Made by a program: the position numbers and the translations under genes
NCBI RefSeq assembly: GCF_000143415.4
Contig: NW_003314296.1
Span: 601,645 to 665,644, forward strand
Source of the DNA: Selaginella moellendorffii
Taxonomy: Eukaryota > Plantae > Lycopodiophyta
DNA: 64,000 bases
Direction of reading: 5' to 3'
Shown: positions 23,410 through 36,986 of the stretch, one piece after another
Layout: each line of letters begins with the position of its first letter
Numbering within the stretch: position 1 is the first letter of the stretch
The notes under the pieces: generated by a model
What the model saw: the letters and a program-made list of their open reading frames with translations, nothing else
Databases searched by the model: none
Told to the model about the DNA's origin: nothing

Positions 23410-24508
23410 CCTCGTCGCGCAAAAGCCTAAACCCTAATTAGGTCGAAGCCTTTATAGCCCTAAATTCAAACAATAAAAAGAGCGGGAGTTAGAACCCTAT
23501 AATGCGAACGAGAAAAAGCGCGGGAACAGGCATTTAGGCAAAAGTTGGGGGATTCGGGCTCTCGATCATGGAAATAAATAATCGCCCAACATGTGCCTCG
23601 ACGCTTTCGATTTTGGACCGCCCTTTACACCAAACAATGGCGCGCGTCGCCCAAACTTGTGGCGAGCAAGCAAACATCGCTGTCGATTTCCAATGGTCCA
23701 CATGGACGTTAGAATCTTTTAAAACCAAGATTTTTAGGTCACTCCGCGCCATCTTCATGGTCGTGGCCGCTGCTTCCTCGTAAAGAAATCAAATCCCGCC
23801 GGGGATTCCCCGAATCTACCTCCCACCGCCGTATCTTTCGAAATTCCTTACTTATCACGGCAACAACTCAGGAGCCGCCACGTGGGGCAATCTTCCACGT
23901 CAGCGACCGGCAACGGATGACGTGTGTGGGCCCGCGCTGCTGGCTTGCCCGCTGCCCGCCCGGGCAGCTATGGTAACCGAGATCACAGTGATTTTATCCA
24001 AAGTTTCTCGTATGAGATTTTCCCACAAACCCGGAAGAGAGGAAGAACTCTTCCAACTGTAAAAACGATCCAAAACTAAGTTTTTTCGCACTCTTGCCAG
24101 ATCCACCAGTGCTTGCTGCTGCTCTCATTCCCTTCTCCCTTTTTTGGTGGACCGCCCTCTCTTCTCTCCCCTTTTGCTTGCATTCCCAGCATCCATCCTT
24201 GTTTTATCCTGGCACATTTATCCACATTCCCTCTTTCTTTTCCCCTCTCGATTTTGTCCATTTTTTTGTCACTGGGGTGCCATGATCTCAATAAAAATGT
24301 GAAAAGCCATAAAAAAAAATAAATCGTTTTATTTTTTTTGTTTTCCTGTGCTTGGCTGGCTGCTGGACTTTAGTGAGCTGTCTTGCTATTATCTCACCTC
24401 TGCTGGTTTCCTCTGCTGTTTGCTGCCTCCAGCCTTCGCTCCAGCCTTTTTTTTTCCTGGTTTGCCTTCTTGGGTGATTTTTTTCCAAGAGTTTTTGTAA
24501 GAGAGTGA

Positions 24509-24533
24509 GTGTGTGTGTGTGTGTGTGTGTGTG
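24509..24533. repeat. (GT)n microsatellite
   Basis: Perfect GT run upstream of the RRM gene. Confidence 0.9.
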
Positions 24534-24998
24534 CTTCTCTTCGCTGTTCGTAATACTTGCGTGCACGTTGTCCCCGCTGTCCATTCGCTGTTCTTCGCCG
24601 GAAAAAAAAAATAAAATCGCATCCTTTCTCTCTTTTTCTTCTTTCTTTTCGATCATCCCTGCCTGGCTTTGATCATCATATGGACGATGGATCGCTGCAG
24701 CAGCAAGAGACCAACATAGTGCTCGCAAGCTCCTCGCTTTTCCCCCTCCCCACTTATTAAAACTCCTCACTCTCCACAGCGCTAGGGATTTTTTTCCTCT
24801 TTTCCTGGATCCAAGGCTCACAGGTGGATACATGGAGCGCACGGAGAAATCTCCTTCTTTGCTATAGATTTGAGCGCCGCTTGAGCGCAAGCGCTGGCGC
24901 AGGAACCATCTCTCTCCGGTGGGTTTGATCTTCAGTAGCTCTAGAAAATCGTTCCAAGGATTTTGGAGCTCCAAGATTTCCGGAGAAAAGAAGGAAGA

Positions 24999-26991
24999 AT
25001 GGCCGAGCCACAGCAAGGGGGAGGGGGAGGAGGAGGAGGATCTTCTCATTCCCAGCACGTCCATCACGGAGGTTTAGGGGGATCTCAGTTTGGCGACACC
25101 ACTCTCACCAAGATCTTCGTCGGGGGCCTGGCTTGGGAGACGCAGCGCGACACGATGCGGCAATACTTTGAGCAGTTTGGCGAGATTCTAGAGGCTGTGG
25201 TGATCACGGACAAGAACACTGGGCGCTCCAAAGGCTATGGCTTTGTGCGTGAATTCACTCCTTTCTTCTCTCCTTTGTCTCCTCGATTCTTTCTTGGTTT
25301 TGGTTCTATCCATGATCTATCTCTTGCTTGGCTGTTTCTTTTTCTTTTTCTTTTTTTCCTCCACTGTTTGGGCTAAGAACTTTTCTTAGCTGGGTTGTCT
25401 GTGGATCCCATCCTTGCCAAGTTGCCAGCTTGCTTGGGTGATTTTTCTTTGTTCTTTTCGTGACGGACCCAAGTGAACTAACGGATGAGAATCCGGCAAA
25501 GTTCTCTTTTTTTTTTTCCCATTTTCTCTTTTTCCCCACCCTTTTTTTTATCTTGTCTTCTCGAGCGAATGTGGATCGAAATGCCTGGCTGCAGTAACTT
25601 CACAAGCATTGGAAATGATAAAAAATTTGGTTGGAACAGGTAACTTTCAAGGATCCCGAGTCGGCACGACGAGCTTGCGAGAATCCAACGCCGGTTATCG
25701 ATGGCCGGCGAGCAAACTGCAACCTTGCAGCACTTGGAGTGAGGCCGAGGTTCCCACCATTTCATCAAGGTACGAGTCTTTTCCTTCCCATTTCTCGAAC
25801 TTCTAGCTACAAGATCGATCAGCTTTGATTGTTGGTCGTGGAAAAAACTGGTTTTTTAGTTCTCTTGTGTCCTCACTCCCTCTCTCGACGCGCTTTCGAC
25901 ATTTAAAAACATTCTTGGTTTTAATTCAGGTGCTTCGAGAGTTCGTCACTTCTCCCCAGTTCTCGGGAGCTCTCAAGTCGGGGCAGCAAGCTATTCTCCC
26001 GGCGGGGCCTCGTCATCGTTTCCACAGATGCCCGCCGCTCCATTCTCGTATCCTCAAGCCGGGTTCTCATACGCCGCCACTCCATACGGGTAAGTTTCCT
26101 TCCACGATCGATCGATCGATCGATCGATCGAAACGAAGTTTTATTCCAACCTATTCCTCCAGATACGCTTACGTCCCCTCGGAGTACTCTTACCAGGTAC
26201 CTTACCACCACCCTCATCCCTAATCTTCCTCCAGCTCTATACTCTCTACACATTCTTCTTCTTTATCCCTTTCCCTCGTTTTTTTTTTTCGCTTTTTATG
26301 CAATCCCAAGGAGGCCATAGTTCTCAAGCGTTTCGTACTATGGCGTCTTTGCCTTGTGTTTTTTTTTTGTTTTTTTTTTTTGTAGAGCCTGTATCCTTAC
26401 GGGAATCCACAACTTTCAGCTGTCTATGGTGGAAGTAGTAGTGGCAGCAGCACCATAAGCAATCCAGCAGCAGTGTATACATACTCTGGCTTCAACCAGA
26501 TTGGATCCACCTATCCCTCTGGTGGTGGTCAGCCTTATTCTCCTGCTGGAGGCATGCAACACCACCATGGCCACCCTCAAGTTGTGCAGTATTCACCCCT
26601 AGCGCCAACTTCACCTCTGCCATCGCCGTCGTCCTCGTCGTCGCCGCCCGCATCGGCTATGTACAACGCTACTGCTGCTGCTGGTGCGTCTGCAATCTCT
26701 CCACCACCTTCAGCTGGTGGTGCTTCCACTACACAACCAGGTAACTCCGACTTTCTAAAGTCAAGCTTGCATTTCTGTGGGAATGAATTCGCCATTGAGA
26801 CGTACCAATTCAGCAGGTGTTTGTGTTCTCATTCAGGGTTGACAACACACCCCACAACATCTTCATCTTCAAGGTCCTTGCAACAACAACAGCAGCAACA
26901 ACATCAACATCAACAATACCCGCCAACTTCATCGTCACAGGGCACTTCAGCTGCAGCTGCAGGAGGCTCATCTTCGTCCTCACACAATTGA
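24999..26991 (+). CDS. Single-RRM RNA-binding protein (RBM24/RBM38-like)
   Basis: [33 protein letters not shown]|[16 protein letters not shown] and a P/Y/S/Q-rich tail. Confidence 0.93.
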
Positions 26992-27852
26992 TTCTTCACT
27001 TCCATCCCGCAAAAGCCCCAAAAAGCGCATCCACATCCCACATCAAACCAGGAAAGAAAACAAGAAAAAACAGGCAGAAAGAATAGAGGGTAGAACTCAA
27101 CTCGGCACAGACAACATTGAAGAGAATAAGTAACACAAGAGAGGACCCAGGCATTCTACATAATTTTACATTATAATGTAGAACTCTAACCATTCATTTA
27201 GGAAGAAAAAAAAAAGCTGAAAAAAACAGAAGAGGAAAACAAAGAGTTGACTGGTCAAAGGTGGTCCAGCACTGGAGCACTGACTTTTGAACATGCTAGC
27301 CAGCTCATTTGGGTTCTGGAAGCAACTTGTGTGTGAACGTGAACGTTGCTATTCAATGTCTTTTTGGCATAGGATTGGCCTTTCCAACCTTGTTGTTTTG
27401 GATATTGAGTAAGTTAGTTATCAACTTCCCCAGCTTGGGCACAGAGGTATACAGACAGAGTGGAAGATGATGGATGCCCTTGAAAAGCTGCTATGCTTTT
27501 CCAGCTTTTTATTTTTGTTGTAAATTTTATAAAAGAAAACTCTTTGAAAAGGTGGCGAAAATGCACACCCCTTGGAAGCCAGAAGGGTCCAAAACACCCC
27601 ATCCAATCCAAAGCTTTAGAAAAATATCCGAGCCTCAAGTCCACATCTGTTGGGTCTCTTTCTCTATCTCGTTGGGTGAAGAGATCAGGTAAATGAGCTG
27701 TGACGGTAAGTATTAAACTATTTTGGCCTGGAGCTTTGTCTAAGGTAGACAGTCTTGGGAACTTTTGACTTAGATTAGTCAGTATCATCAACAATCAAAG
27801 TCCAACCTTACAAGCTATACCTTAATAATACTCTGATTTATTTTTTCTGTTT

Positions 27853-28566
27853 CTAGTTGGACTTTGGAATTTTGAAGAAGGTGATTCCAAACTTTGGTGC
27901 CAAGGGATTCATGAGCATCTTCTTGTAGAAGCACACAATGTCTCCTTCTTGGAGCGAGTTCTCTCTCACATATTGAATCCACTGATTTGTGACCAAGCTC
28001 GGCCCTCTCTTCCCCTTCTTGTATCCAAACTCCCAAACAGCGCCCTTTTCGTCCACAAACTCCATGGGAATCTTCTCGTCATCATCGAGTCTTGGGAGCT
28101 TCGACTCCTCGTGGACAGAGAAGATCAATGTGTCTAGTGTATCGACGTCCCCCTTGGTCAGTCTCTTGCCAAACAGTGGAAACCAGTGAGCTTTGTCCGT
28201 GATGTTTAGAGGCCTGTCGTACTTCTGGGGTCTCCACTTTGTGTACGAAGAAGATGTGGAATCCATTTGATGGCAAGAATATTTGCCCAAATTGACACCC
28301 TCATCGCCGTCCACCTTTCTTCGCTTGGGCTCTCTAAGTTCTTGGTCCACCATCTCGCTATCGAAAGAACTTATCTTGGGTCCTTCCAGAGCCGCCTTGC
28401 GTGGAGAACGCTTTCCTTGGTTTGACCAAGTCAACGTTTTTGTGATGCTGGACTTAGGGTATGGATGTTGAATCGAAGAACGGAGCTGTGGAGAACGCTT
28501 CCTCTTGTTCAACCAAGTCTGTAAACTCTTCGTCAGACTGCAAGATCGGTCCTCACTATGAAGCAT
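27853..28566 (-). CDS. B3 DNA-binding domain protein, intronless
   Basis: LFGKRLTKGDV...DEKGAVWEFGY...WIQYVRENSLQEGDIVCFY. Basic NLS-like N-terminus. TATATAAA on the minus strand at ~28602-28609. Confidence 0.8.
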   Translation of the reverse strand: MLHSEDRSCSLTKSLQTWLNKRKRSPQLRSSIQHPYPKSSITKTLTWSNQGKRSPRKAALEGPKISSFDSEMVDQELREPKRRKVDGDEGVNLGKYSCHQMDSTSSSYTKWRPQKYDRPLNITDKAHWFPLFGKRLTKGDVDTLDTLIFSVHEESKLPRLDDDEKIPMEFVDEKGAVWEFGYKKGKRGPSLVTNQWIQYVRENSLQEGDIVCFYKKMLMNPLAPKFGITFFKIPKSN

Positions 28567-28688
28567 GGGCACAAATATAGAGTCACAACCCGAAACCCTG
28601 ATTTATATACAATTCTTACCTTTTGGAGTAAACCGAACTTTATCTTTATAACTTTTTAATCGGAATTATATTAACTTCTTAACTTTTG

Positions 28689-30009
28689 CTAAGATTCTGT
28701 TGGGCCAGCTGCCCAACCAAACTCATTCAAGTCAAGACCGTTCACTTCTTTGCAGTTCAGGTCCAGACCTTGCTCCATCTTGTTGCCCATTATATGATGA
28801 GCTTGGGGCTTTTGCAAAGAAAGTGTTACTAAACCTTGATCTAACATTCCCTCCTCGCGTTTGAGACGCATCCAGGGCTCAATTCCACCAAATATCCTCG
28901 TTGGTTTCTTGATCCCACTTTGCTGCTGGCTTGCTAATACCTGGTGAAGATTGTGTGACTGAAGCCTCTGTTCCCTCGCAAAAAGAAGCTGCTGCTCCAG
29001 CGTGGTCTCGGCACTTGATGCAGCTTTGCAAAGTTCCAGTTTTACTGAGGCGTTCAGATCCTGGCCTCCTACAGAAAAAGTCTCCCTTGCCTTTTCTAAG
29101 AGAGCTTGGAGATATTTCCCCTGGGCTTCGATTCGCAACTGTAGATGCCTTTGAACCTGTATAAGTTGTAAGAAAATTAAAAATTATAATTAATTACAGA
29201 AATTAGAAAACTTTACCTCAAGTTGTTCATGTAGCTTCTTTTGCACCTCCATTTGTAGCCTCAGAGCTTCTGTGATTTGAGAACTTGCAAAGTGATGAGG
29301 ACAAGCTAGTTGTTACAGAATATTTGGGGGAAAAGGATGGAGCTTACTCAGATGAGGATGAGGAAAGGTGACCCTGCTGGGCTATCAAATCCTGAGCATT
29401 GGGTGTGTTGTATGATACAATGCTGGCTGCACACAAAATGTAAAGCAATGTTTGGGACTCAATGCTTGCTTGAAACATTATAGTATAATGCGAGGAAAGC
29501 TTTTCTACCATTTCTGTTTGCGACGTTTGTATCCTTGTTGAGTTGCTTCCCAAGACGAAATTTCTGATGAAAGCAAAGCATCAAGAACTGAAGGCAAAAA
29601 ATCCAAGAAAAAAAGCAAAAAACCTGAAGGTGGCTTTTGAGATGATACAAAGTAAGGCCTTTGACTCCCATGATCCTCATCACGGATTTTGGTGTCGCCT
29701 CTACATCCATTCCAATCCAAATTTTAGAATTAGCTTTGCAGTGATCGAGAAAGAGGCATAACATTAGAACTTTTTAGTGGAACTTTCTGGGATTTCTGGG
29801 ACTTTCGGCTTACTCTCGGCTCCTCCCAGCTGAGTGACAGCCTCCACGAATCGCTCATGCAACTCGGGTGTCCATCGGAGCCTTGGTTTAGGCTCGGACG
29901 CAGAGATTTTCGCCTGCTCGACGCTCAATCCAGTGTACAAAGTTGGCTGCTGCTGCTGCTGCTGGGACATGAAATTCGTACCCGGAGAGAAATTTTTCAC
30001 TTGATACAT
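28689..30009 (-). CDS. MYB-CC (GARP/PHR1-like) transcription factor
   Basis: PKPRLRWTPELHERFVEAVTQLGG, ATPK...LTLYHLKSHLQKFRLGK, ALRLQMEVQKKLHEQLE|VQRHLQLRIEAQGKYLQ and C-terminal LDLN motifs. Confidence 0.95.
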
Positions 30010-31799
30010 ATCCAAGAGGAGTGAGGGTGAGTCTCTCCAAAAAAGAAAGCTAGAAAAAACAAACTAGAAGAGGATCGCCACTGTCACTACTCTCACTACT
30101 GCTCCCATGGAATTCAAGTTTAAAAACTCGAAAAATATCCTCAAGCAACCCAAGCGAAGCATCGATAGTTTTTTTTACCAAAGTAGAAAACCCACCAAAG
30201 AGATTGAATGAGGCAAACAATGTAAGGCCTCCAAAACTATTTATTTGGTCCCTGTGCTCGACCCGGCAAATCTGGGCCGTGGATGCCACCACCATTCCGG
30301 ATTCCGGATAGGAATGGTGCAGAGAATATTCGACCGGAGGAAAGGCGGGACTCCGCATACGGCCGCCACGTGGCAGGAGAACAATTCCGGGTCTGTCCAG
30401 AAGAACACAAAGTCGAGTTTGTGCTGCACGGAAGAACTTTGAAATGCTGGGCTGGTGGTCACTGGCATGGAGAATTTTATGATCAAAGTAAAGAATATCA
30501 AATATAACATTGTGTTCCTGGCATTTATAGTAATATTAACTTAATAAAATTGAAAGAAAACTTAAACTATGCCTTTGAGCGTTAAAGAATATAAAATGGA
30601 GAAATCTCTCATCCGGAATGCGCAAATGATACAAGTCTCAGTGGGACAGATCAATGCTTTCTAGTACCAAAGAAGAGGAAAGAAACATTGGTTCGATCCA
30701 GAGGGGAATACTGTAGAATATGGTGAGAGCATATAAACTTTACTCGATTTCTAGGGAGTACCGCAACTTGTTTTGGGGGGGGGGGGGAGGGGGGAGAGAA
30801 CTTTCTATCCATGGGGAATCTAGAATATAGAGTCAAGAGAGACTGGTTTTTACCCTTTGACAAATTTCACCCAAAGTTTGACTTTAGCCCTCCACTCGCA
30901 GAGAATCGCCCAAACAAATGATGTGATCGCGTGCACGTCCTGACCTTGGTTTTAATCATCAAGGTTCCAACCACAATGATTTGGAAGAACACACACACCT
31001 TAGTAACGTGGTTAAGCGAGGTATTTGCTTCGATAACCCGTGGTAAACAGTCGCAAGAGAATGGGAATAGAATCTGGGCGTCCATTTGGTACAATTTATT
31101 CCAGCATTGGTACGTCCAAATCATGCAGTGTAGTGCACACAAGCAAGGGGACTTGCTTTTGACACTGTCAAAAAAGAGTCAAGATCAAGTCCTTCAAATC
31201 CATTCCCTCCACCAATATGATCATGGATACGTGATCAATCAATCTGGAGCGAATCCAGGAATCAAACACTTTTGGAATCTTCTTTTTCCCACAAAAAGGT
31301 CAACACTACACACACACACGCTTACACACTCGTCCTTTTTCCCCTTCTTCGTCATCTTCATCTCTGGGCTAATTAATTCTTCTTCATTCTTCTCTCTCGG
31401 CTAAGCTCGCTGTTAAAAAAGGTACCGAAATATCTTCAAACCAAAACGAAAGCCAACTCCTGTTTTCTTGGCTATCCTTAAAAACTTCGCAAACTTCTCA
31501 CGTACCCAGCTATACTCTTCAAGTGTGGAGCGGGATGAACACAGCAAGGATGCAAACTCCTCCTGAGCACTAGATGAATCCTACCTGAGAAGAAGAGATG
31601 AAAAGAGATCGATCAAAAGTGAAGAGCAAAGCTACGTACCGTGCCAATCCAAGGATGCATCCCCCAAGAGGTCCAGCGAGTTCATCCCACTTTATTGGAT
31701 CTGCAAAAACCCCTCCACCACGTACGAGAAAGTAACGTCGCTCATTCCCTAGTACTTCTTTCTCTCTCCTTCCTAGCTATATACCAAAGAGTCACCTCG

Positions 31800-33328
31800 T
31801 CATCTTCGAATTTTCGGTCTCTTCATGCCGGGATTGTTGAATGAAGTCAGCGAACCTGTCAAGTATGGACTATCCTCTCGTAGTGTACCGTTTAGCATCG
31901 CCAGCTCCCGGAGTTGCGCCTTCTTCACGGCGTCCACAGACTCGTCCTGTGGACAGCAGTCACGGAAACTTATTGTGAAAAAAAAGATAGCTAATGACTT
32001 CTGTGCGCTAAGAACTAGAGAGGATAACCTTAATAGAAAAAAAGCGATACCGGAGGTGGCCGAAGCACGTCTTCAATTATCTCCTGCGCGTATTGCAAGT
32101 GCGTGTCGATCTGGTTGGCCGGAAGCTCCGCCTCCACGAGGACGTGCAATGGCTCGTTCAAGTGCTCGTAGCCAGGCTTGTCCCTCATCTTCTCCTCCTG
32201 GAGAGAGAGCTCTAAGCAACAAAATGAAACGGCCGTGCGCGGGGAGAAAAACCCATACCTTTGCTGCGTCCTTGATCGACCCTCGCCCTCTTATCATCAC
32301 GCGGCACCCGGTCTCGTTCTCGACACGCTTCAGCGACAGTCCTCTCGGCCCAAGAAGGCGGCCCACAAAGTTAAACTGCAAGCAAGCAAGAATGACGAAA
32401 GAGCTCGTCTCGCATACGCAAAACGCACGAAATGATAAACACTTACGTTAGGATAATCATCGGTAGGAATCTCGATTCGCAAGGTCTTCTTTATAATCGG
32501 TCCAGGCGAACCGGCAGGGCTGCCATGCCAGAGAGGTAAGACAGTCCTCTGCATGGATCATATCAAAAAAAAAAAAGAAAAAAAGAAACAGAAGATCGAG
32601 CTCAAAATGAGAGAACGAACAAAAACCAAAGAGAAAAGCATGACCAACCTCGTGCTGCATGGCAGCCCAAGCATTTAAATCTCTGCTTCCTCCATTAGAA
32701 ATCAACCCCAGGGGGCTTCCCATGTCCAAAGTGTCCTGTTCTAGAAGTTGTGACTGGCCTATGAGTTTAGAAACTCGAAGAATCTCTGCTCGAGAAATGA
32801 GAAAAAATATCAAAACTTTAAATCGATACAAGTGTATGTAACGTACCCTGATTAAGTAGGAAGCTGCAGTGAGGAAGAACCATCATGAAAGGTCGCAGAC
32901 TTTCTTGTTCCATAAGTAACTCTGTGAAGTACCTGAGACAAAGAAACGATGAAACGAGATGAGAGAAGAAATAAAAAGGTAAAAAAGAAAGGGAGAGAAA
33001 AAAGATGATCGAAAACCCAGATCTCTGATCTCTGAGCTCCACCACACCCCATTCTTCCCTACATTCTAAGCGCGGCCCCAATCCAGCCGGAAGCCTCCGA
33101 TCCGCGACGCTCGATGACCTACCGATCGAAATATCGCCAGCGATCGGCCGAAATATCGCGAGCGCGAGCAAGATGGGATGGAAGAGATGGGAGATGCGAG
33201 GTATGGATTACTCACTTGTCATGCTCCAGCAGCGCGTTGGGAGATCTTCCAAGGCCGCCGATTTGAGGCGAGAGGCTGCCAGTGGATGCGGACGATGGCG
33301 AGTAGTGCATGTAAGATCGCCCAGACAT
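31800..33328 (-). CDS. KH-domain STAR/Quaking-like RNA-binding protein (SPIN1-like)
   Basis: [65 protein letters not shown] and MKRPKIRR*. Confidence 0.94.
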
Positions 33329-33558
33329 GACCCTTGCTCGCGCTGCTGTAGCGATGGTGTTCTTGCGCCCAAGGAGAGAGAGAAAGCCCCCAAATTTTGT
33401 GAATAGAAAAGAAAGCCCAGGGGGTGATATTTGTGTGGAAATGGGGTCCCTTCTTAAACCCTGCTTGTCCTACTCCTGCTTACGTGGCGTGATGTGTCAC
33501 GTCAGCCCTAATTAGGGCACACGAGGCAGACACAAGGGAAATTCTTAGGGTTTTGGCT

Positions 33559-34866
33559 ATGGCGGACGATGTCGAGGTGGATGCGTTCAAGCGCCTGTAT
33601 CCCGCGCAGTTTCTCGAGCGCTACCTGGATGCATCGGTGCGGCCGGATGGGAGGCCGCTCACGCGATCGCGCCCGACGTCGGTGTCGTTCAGTGAGTGAA
33701 TTTCTTCCTGGCAGGAGGATTCGTGATTTCTTCCGAAGTATTCTGACGCATTTGTGGATTTCTAGACGCTGTGTCGTCGGCGGACGGATCGGCGCTTGTC
33801 AAGATTGGAAACACGGTAAGATTTGTGACTTTGCTCTTTGATTTGATCGATTGATTGGATGGACTCGGGAGGTTTTGCGATAGACAATGCTGGCTGGAGC
33901 GAAGCTAGAGACGATGGAGCCGGCTGCTGATACACCCGATCAAGGCTGCCTGTGTGAGTCCTTTCTCAAACGACGTCTTGAACTGTATGAATTTTCTTTC
34001 GAGCAGCTGTAGATTTCGTAATGCCACCGATTTGCTCGCCTCGAGTGAGGCCAGGAAGGCCAGCAGAGGAGGCATATGTCATAACGGAGCAGCTGCAAAA
34101 TGCCCTCTTGAGGTATGATGGTTTTCTTTTTCCTTCATGCCCAAAGCTGCGATTTTTTCTTCTTCCAGCTCCGGTGTTGTCGATTTACGTGAGCTCTCGA
34201 TCGTCAGTGGTAAAGCCGCTTGGATGATCTATCTGGTAGCGTCACCACAGTGATTCATATTTGGTTCTTATTTTCTTTGCAACTTTCCCAGGACGTTTAT
34301 TGCTTAGACGCCGATGGATCACTTCTTGACGCAGCACTGCTCGCGTCAGTAGCTGCTCTAGCGCATTGTAAGTTTCTCCAAGCCACTCTGTTCTCTTCTG
34401 TTTTTTCGCTGAGAGTTTCAGGACAGTACAGGTACCCGCGATCTGTGTAAGAAGTGAGGGAAAGATCACGAAGGCTCCTCCAGATGCCCAAGCAAGCTCC
34501 GATGGGATCGAGTTTACTCAACCGCGACGCCTCAACCTCGGTGAATTTCCATTCGCGCTGACAGTAGCCATGAACCAAAAGTCCTTGATCGCGGATCCCA
34601 CAGCCGAGGAGGAAGCCATTTTAGACACTAAGATGATCGTGATCCTCAACTCTTCCCAGAAAATCATCGCTCTCCACAAGGCTGGTGGATCGACCACTGC
34701 TTCTACAGCAACAATCCAGGTTCGTTCTCTTCCCCTAGAATCAAAATCGTGAAAGCTTGGCATCCTCGATTCCTCGTTTTTCCAGGATTGTCTTGCGCTC
34801 GCGATGAGAAGAAGAAAAACACTGCAAAAAGTTTTGGAAGAGGCTCTCCGAAAGAGCACCAAATAG
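33559..34866 (+). CDS. RRP43: Exosome complex component RRP43 (RNase PH-like)
   Basis: EVDAFKRLYP...SVRPDGR, DGSALVKIG, MPPICSPRVRPGRP, DVYCLDADGS and IADPTAEEE. Confidence 0.9.
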
Positions 34867-35106
34867 ATAAGCTGGTAAAGTGAGGTTAACGAGTGCTTTA
34901 TTAACACGGATTAAAGACGCTTAGGGTTTATTCTACTTTGGATCTTCGCATCTTTGCCTGGTGTCCACGAGGCGCTGCGAGGAAGAATCGCGATCGATGG
35001 TAAGAGGGATCAAAATATTCCAGCCTTTCGTGTTCTACCGCTGATTCTCCTCACGATCTGGCTAGATTTCTCTTTTCGCGGCGATCTCCTCTCGATAGCT
35101 CCCGAT

Positions 35107-36901
35107 ATGGCCGCTGACGCGGCAAATCCCCCCTCCGCGGCCGCGCCAATGCCGATCCGCGCCGCCGAGATCCATCCCCAGCACTGGATTCCCGACGAGA
35201 GGGATGGATTTATTTCGTGGCTGAGGGGCGAATTCGCGGCCGCCAATGCGATTATCGATGCGCTTTGCCAGCATTTGCAGATGAGCGGCTCGCCCGGGGA
35301 GTATGATCTGGTGGTGGCTTGCATCCAGCAGCGGCGATTCAGCTGGAATCCCATTCTCCACATGCAGCACTACTACTCCGTGGCGGAGGTTCTCATGGCG
35401 CTCCAGCAGGTGACTCTAAAGAAGATCCATCACGCTCAAGCCAGCGAGAAGTTGCCAAGCTCTGTTAAATTCTCCGAGTTTCGAGGATCGAGCTTCCAGC
35501 AAAACAAGGATCTCCGCGAGCCTGCCAAGGAGGATTCATCCAGTAAAGAGGAACTACTCCTCGAAGGTTTGGAAGAACATCTCTAAACTTTTTTTTCTTT
35601 AAGTTTTTGCTTGCTTGGGTGGTCTCTAATGGATTTGGTTTACACAGATCAAGCTTTGTCAAGAAAGGTGTCCACCTTGTCTGTGGCGGAGGAGGCTGCT
35701 AGTAAGTCTTCTCTTTCTGCGGCAAACCTTTCCTCCCCTAAGTTTATTGTTGGATTGGAAGACGTTGAAGGCGAACAGGTTTTTGATTTTGTTTGTTAGG
35801 CAAGCTTTTGTTTGCGTTGCTGCGAGCTTTTGGCATCGCTAATAGTTTTCAACAGGTGAATGTTCTTGAAGGACTGGAGGTGTATGAAAATGTCGCTGAT
35901 ACTACTGAATTGCTGGCTGCGGTGACTCAGTCTCACATCATGAAAAGTGGCGAAGGTAACTTTGTATCTCTAAAACGATTCAGCGCTTACGAGCTTTGAG
36001 CAGGACGTAAGCGATCGCGATCGATACAGTTTGGAACGATACCGTCAGAAATTATCGCCGAAGAACAAGAACAAGAACTGTCTTCCATGCCAAAGGGTAA
36101 TGCCAAGGGGTACAGAAAAGAAAACGCATTTTTTGATCTTGTTATCGACACTAAGCTATTCTGTTGACGGAAACCTTGCAGAGGAAATTGTAGCAGAAGG
36201 TGGCGTTCCCCCGTTTTTGGATTTTCTTCTCGAGCGCGTGCTCAAGCTACAAGATATTCCTCCAGATAAAAGGCCAACCTCGTGCAGCATTAGTGTGTTT
36301 GAGCCGGTATTACAGCTTTTGGTTTTGGTTCTACTTTTTTTAATGCTGTGTGCTGTTTACAGGAGGATTTTATGCTCCTTCGTGCGTATCATAGTTTTGA
36401 CCAACCAGTATACATGGTTTCATTGTCTCAGTCCTTTCTGACTTTCGGTAGAGATCTGTCCTTGTTGACATTCAAAAGGAATCTGGAAATGAGAAGCGCC
36501 GGTAAACTATTCAATCTGACACTTGCTCCGGGGTAAACGCTGCTCTTCTCTCTCTCTGACAACAACAATGCTAGTCCTCCTTTTACAGGTCCCTCTTGGT
36601 GCTCCAGAGAAACAGCAAGGAACTAGTTCAGTGCGCGGTTTCTCCCTCCCAGAGCCGGCAAGTGCTGATAGCTTTTGGAAGGCTGAAACCGCAGGTAGAT
36701 TCGTCTAGACCACAGGGACCCGCTCGTCAATCGTCATCCACAAACGCACTGGCCAGGCTATCTTCATCTTTTCAGAGCCTCGAGTTTGGACGTGGAGTGT
36801 CACTGGGAACAGGGGTGTTTCTACCACCAAACGGGATCGCGAATCACACCCTCTCATCGCAAGTTAATGGATTCCAACGTAGAGAGTCACCAGCTCAGTG
36901 A
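35107..36901 (+). CDS. ALKBH10-like 2OG-Fe(II) oxygenase-fold protein (degenerate active site)
   Basis: WIPDERDGFISWLRGEFAAANAIIDALC, RRFSWNPILHMQHYYSVAEV, VNVLEGLEVYE and GTGVFLPP. Confidence 0.85.
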
Positions 36902-36986
36902 AAGCTTCCATCACAGGTACTTCGGAGGTACTTATATTTCTCTAACCGCGAATACGGTTTTTCAATTTAGGGCTGCTCCAGGAAGA

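Noticed and set aside
24680-24760. Possible uORF upstream of the RRM gene
   Set aside because: The transcript start is unknown and the peptide is not a conserved uORF I recognise.
24288-25067. 259-aa minus-strand ORF and many other antisense or alternate-frame ORFs
   Set aside because: These are shadows of GC-rich CDSs, or microsatellite/low-complexity read-through with no recognisable motifs.
26106-26130. (GATC)n palindromic run in an intron
   Set aside because: GATC/CGATCG words are common throughout the window, so this is a simple microsatellite.
30324-30331. P1BS element GAATATTC upstream of the PHR1-like gene
   Set aside because: A single degenerate 8-mer is expected by chance every few kb.
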